Source: Oculina patagonica (taxonomy: Eukaryota). From it: 64,000 bases of DNA. The stretch covers positions 23,498,001 through 23,562,000 of the forward strand of contig NC_135763.1 of assembly GCF_052425735.1 (NCBI RefSeq), given 5' to 3'. The notes below the pieces were generated by a model, which did no database searches, was not told where the DNA came from, and was given only the letters and a program-made list of their open reading frames with translations. Position numbers and translations under genes: made by a program. Each line of letters opens with the position of its first letter. Position 1 is the first letter of the stretch. Positions 63,290 through 64,000 of this stretch are shown in pieces.

Positions 63290-64000
63290 ATGGATCCAAG
63301 CTATGTGTTCTTGATGGCGCTTCACCTTGTTGGAGTTTTGTTTAACATACGAATGTTGGCAAGCTGCTTCAAAGACAAGGCGAAATACACAATTCTTCAA
63401 AGATGCAGGCCAGTCATGATAACTCAGTGCATTCTTCATCTCTCTCTTCTCGCGTTGAATGCCAACGAAGTTACAAGAGCGTTCAGAAGCGAACAGGGAC
63501 ATGAATGGTGCGGAACTACCAACGTTCTGATGACTTCAGTGGGTTTTCTTATGATTTACAACCTGTTGGCGATTCTAGCTATAGAAGATCACACCATAGT
63601 CGGCCTTAAGCGCGAGGTTTCTACAAGAGTAGCCATGTCAGGAACATTAATTGCGGGGGTTATAAGCTGTGGGATGTTATTATGGGCCGGCGCTGCCTCA
63701 ACGTCAGAACTCTGCGTGTCTTACCTAGCTTCAAGCGTTGCCTGCACGCTGATGATGTTTCTACTGTTATTGTTAGCCTTCAGAATTTGTACGCAAACCG
63801 CTCACGACTCAGCCAAGACATCAATGGATGAAACATCCCTTTGGCTCAATATCTTGAGCAAGAACAAGACGGCTGTATTTTTTATAGCACTGATAGTGTT
63901 TTGCATTGTTTTAGCAGTTTTTGAGGTACTTAGCGCCGCGGTTATCAGCATTCGTGCTCAAGAAAGCATTGCACAGTTTCAAGAATCCAGATTCTTCCAA
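63290..64000 (+). CDS. Atypical class A 7TM receptor, copy 5 (runs off the window; most divergent copy)
   Basis: ATG at 63290, open to the window end. TM6 reads KTAVFFIALIVFCIVLAVFEVLSAAVISIR, 6 aa longer than in copies 1-4. Confidence 0.75.
   Translation, partial: MDPSYVFLMALHLVGVLFNIRMLASCFKDKAKYTILQRCRPVMITQCILHLSLLALNANEVTRAFRSEQGHEWCGTTNVLMTSVGFLMIYNLLAILAIEDHTIVGLKREVSTRVAMSGTLIAGVISCGMLLWAGAASTSELCVSYLASSVACTLMMFLLLLLAFRICTQTAHDSAKTSMDETSLWLNILSKNKTAVFFIALIVFCIVLAVFEVLSAAVISIRAQESIAQFQESRFFQ

Overview
AT-rich, repeat-dense animal genomic DNA with a 500-N scaffold gap (41488-41987). From memory, the repeat families resemble those of stony corals/anthozoans; this is an inference. Host genes: (1) an intronless PAQR/membrane progestin receptor-like gene (- strand); (2) a divergently oriented two-exon gene, missed by the ORF track, encoding a ~187-aa secreted His/Lys/Arg-rich precursor with many dibasic sites; (3) a tandem array of five intronless ~279-aa 7TM proteins that look like highly atypical class A GPCRs (DRY replaced by EYH/EDH, NPxxY by LPVIF, almost no N-terminus). 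The right third is a ~10.67-kb tandem duplication whose breakpoint appears to fall inside a receptor gene, making copy 4 chimeric. Each unit carries a full-length BEL/Pao LTR retrotransposon (AACGT TSD, TG...TA LTRs, tRNA-Lys PBS, one shared in-frame TAA before integrase), a tRNA-derived repeat with an inverted head, a LINE 3' end, and a 219-bp palindrome built from two inverted minimal type I hammerhead ribozymes flanked by a 10-bp TSD. The rest is MITEs (Tc1/pogo-, Harbinger-, hAT- and 9-bp-TSD types), SINEs and tandem repeats.
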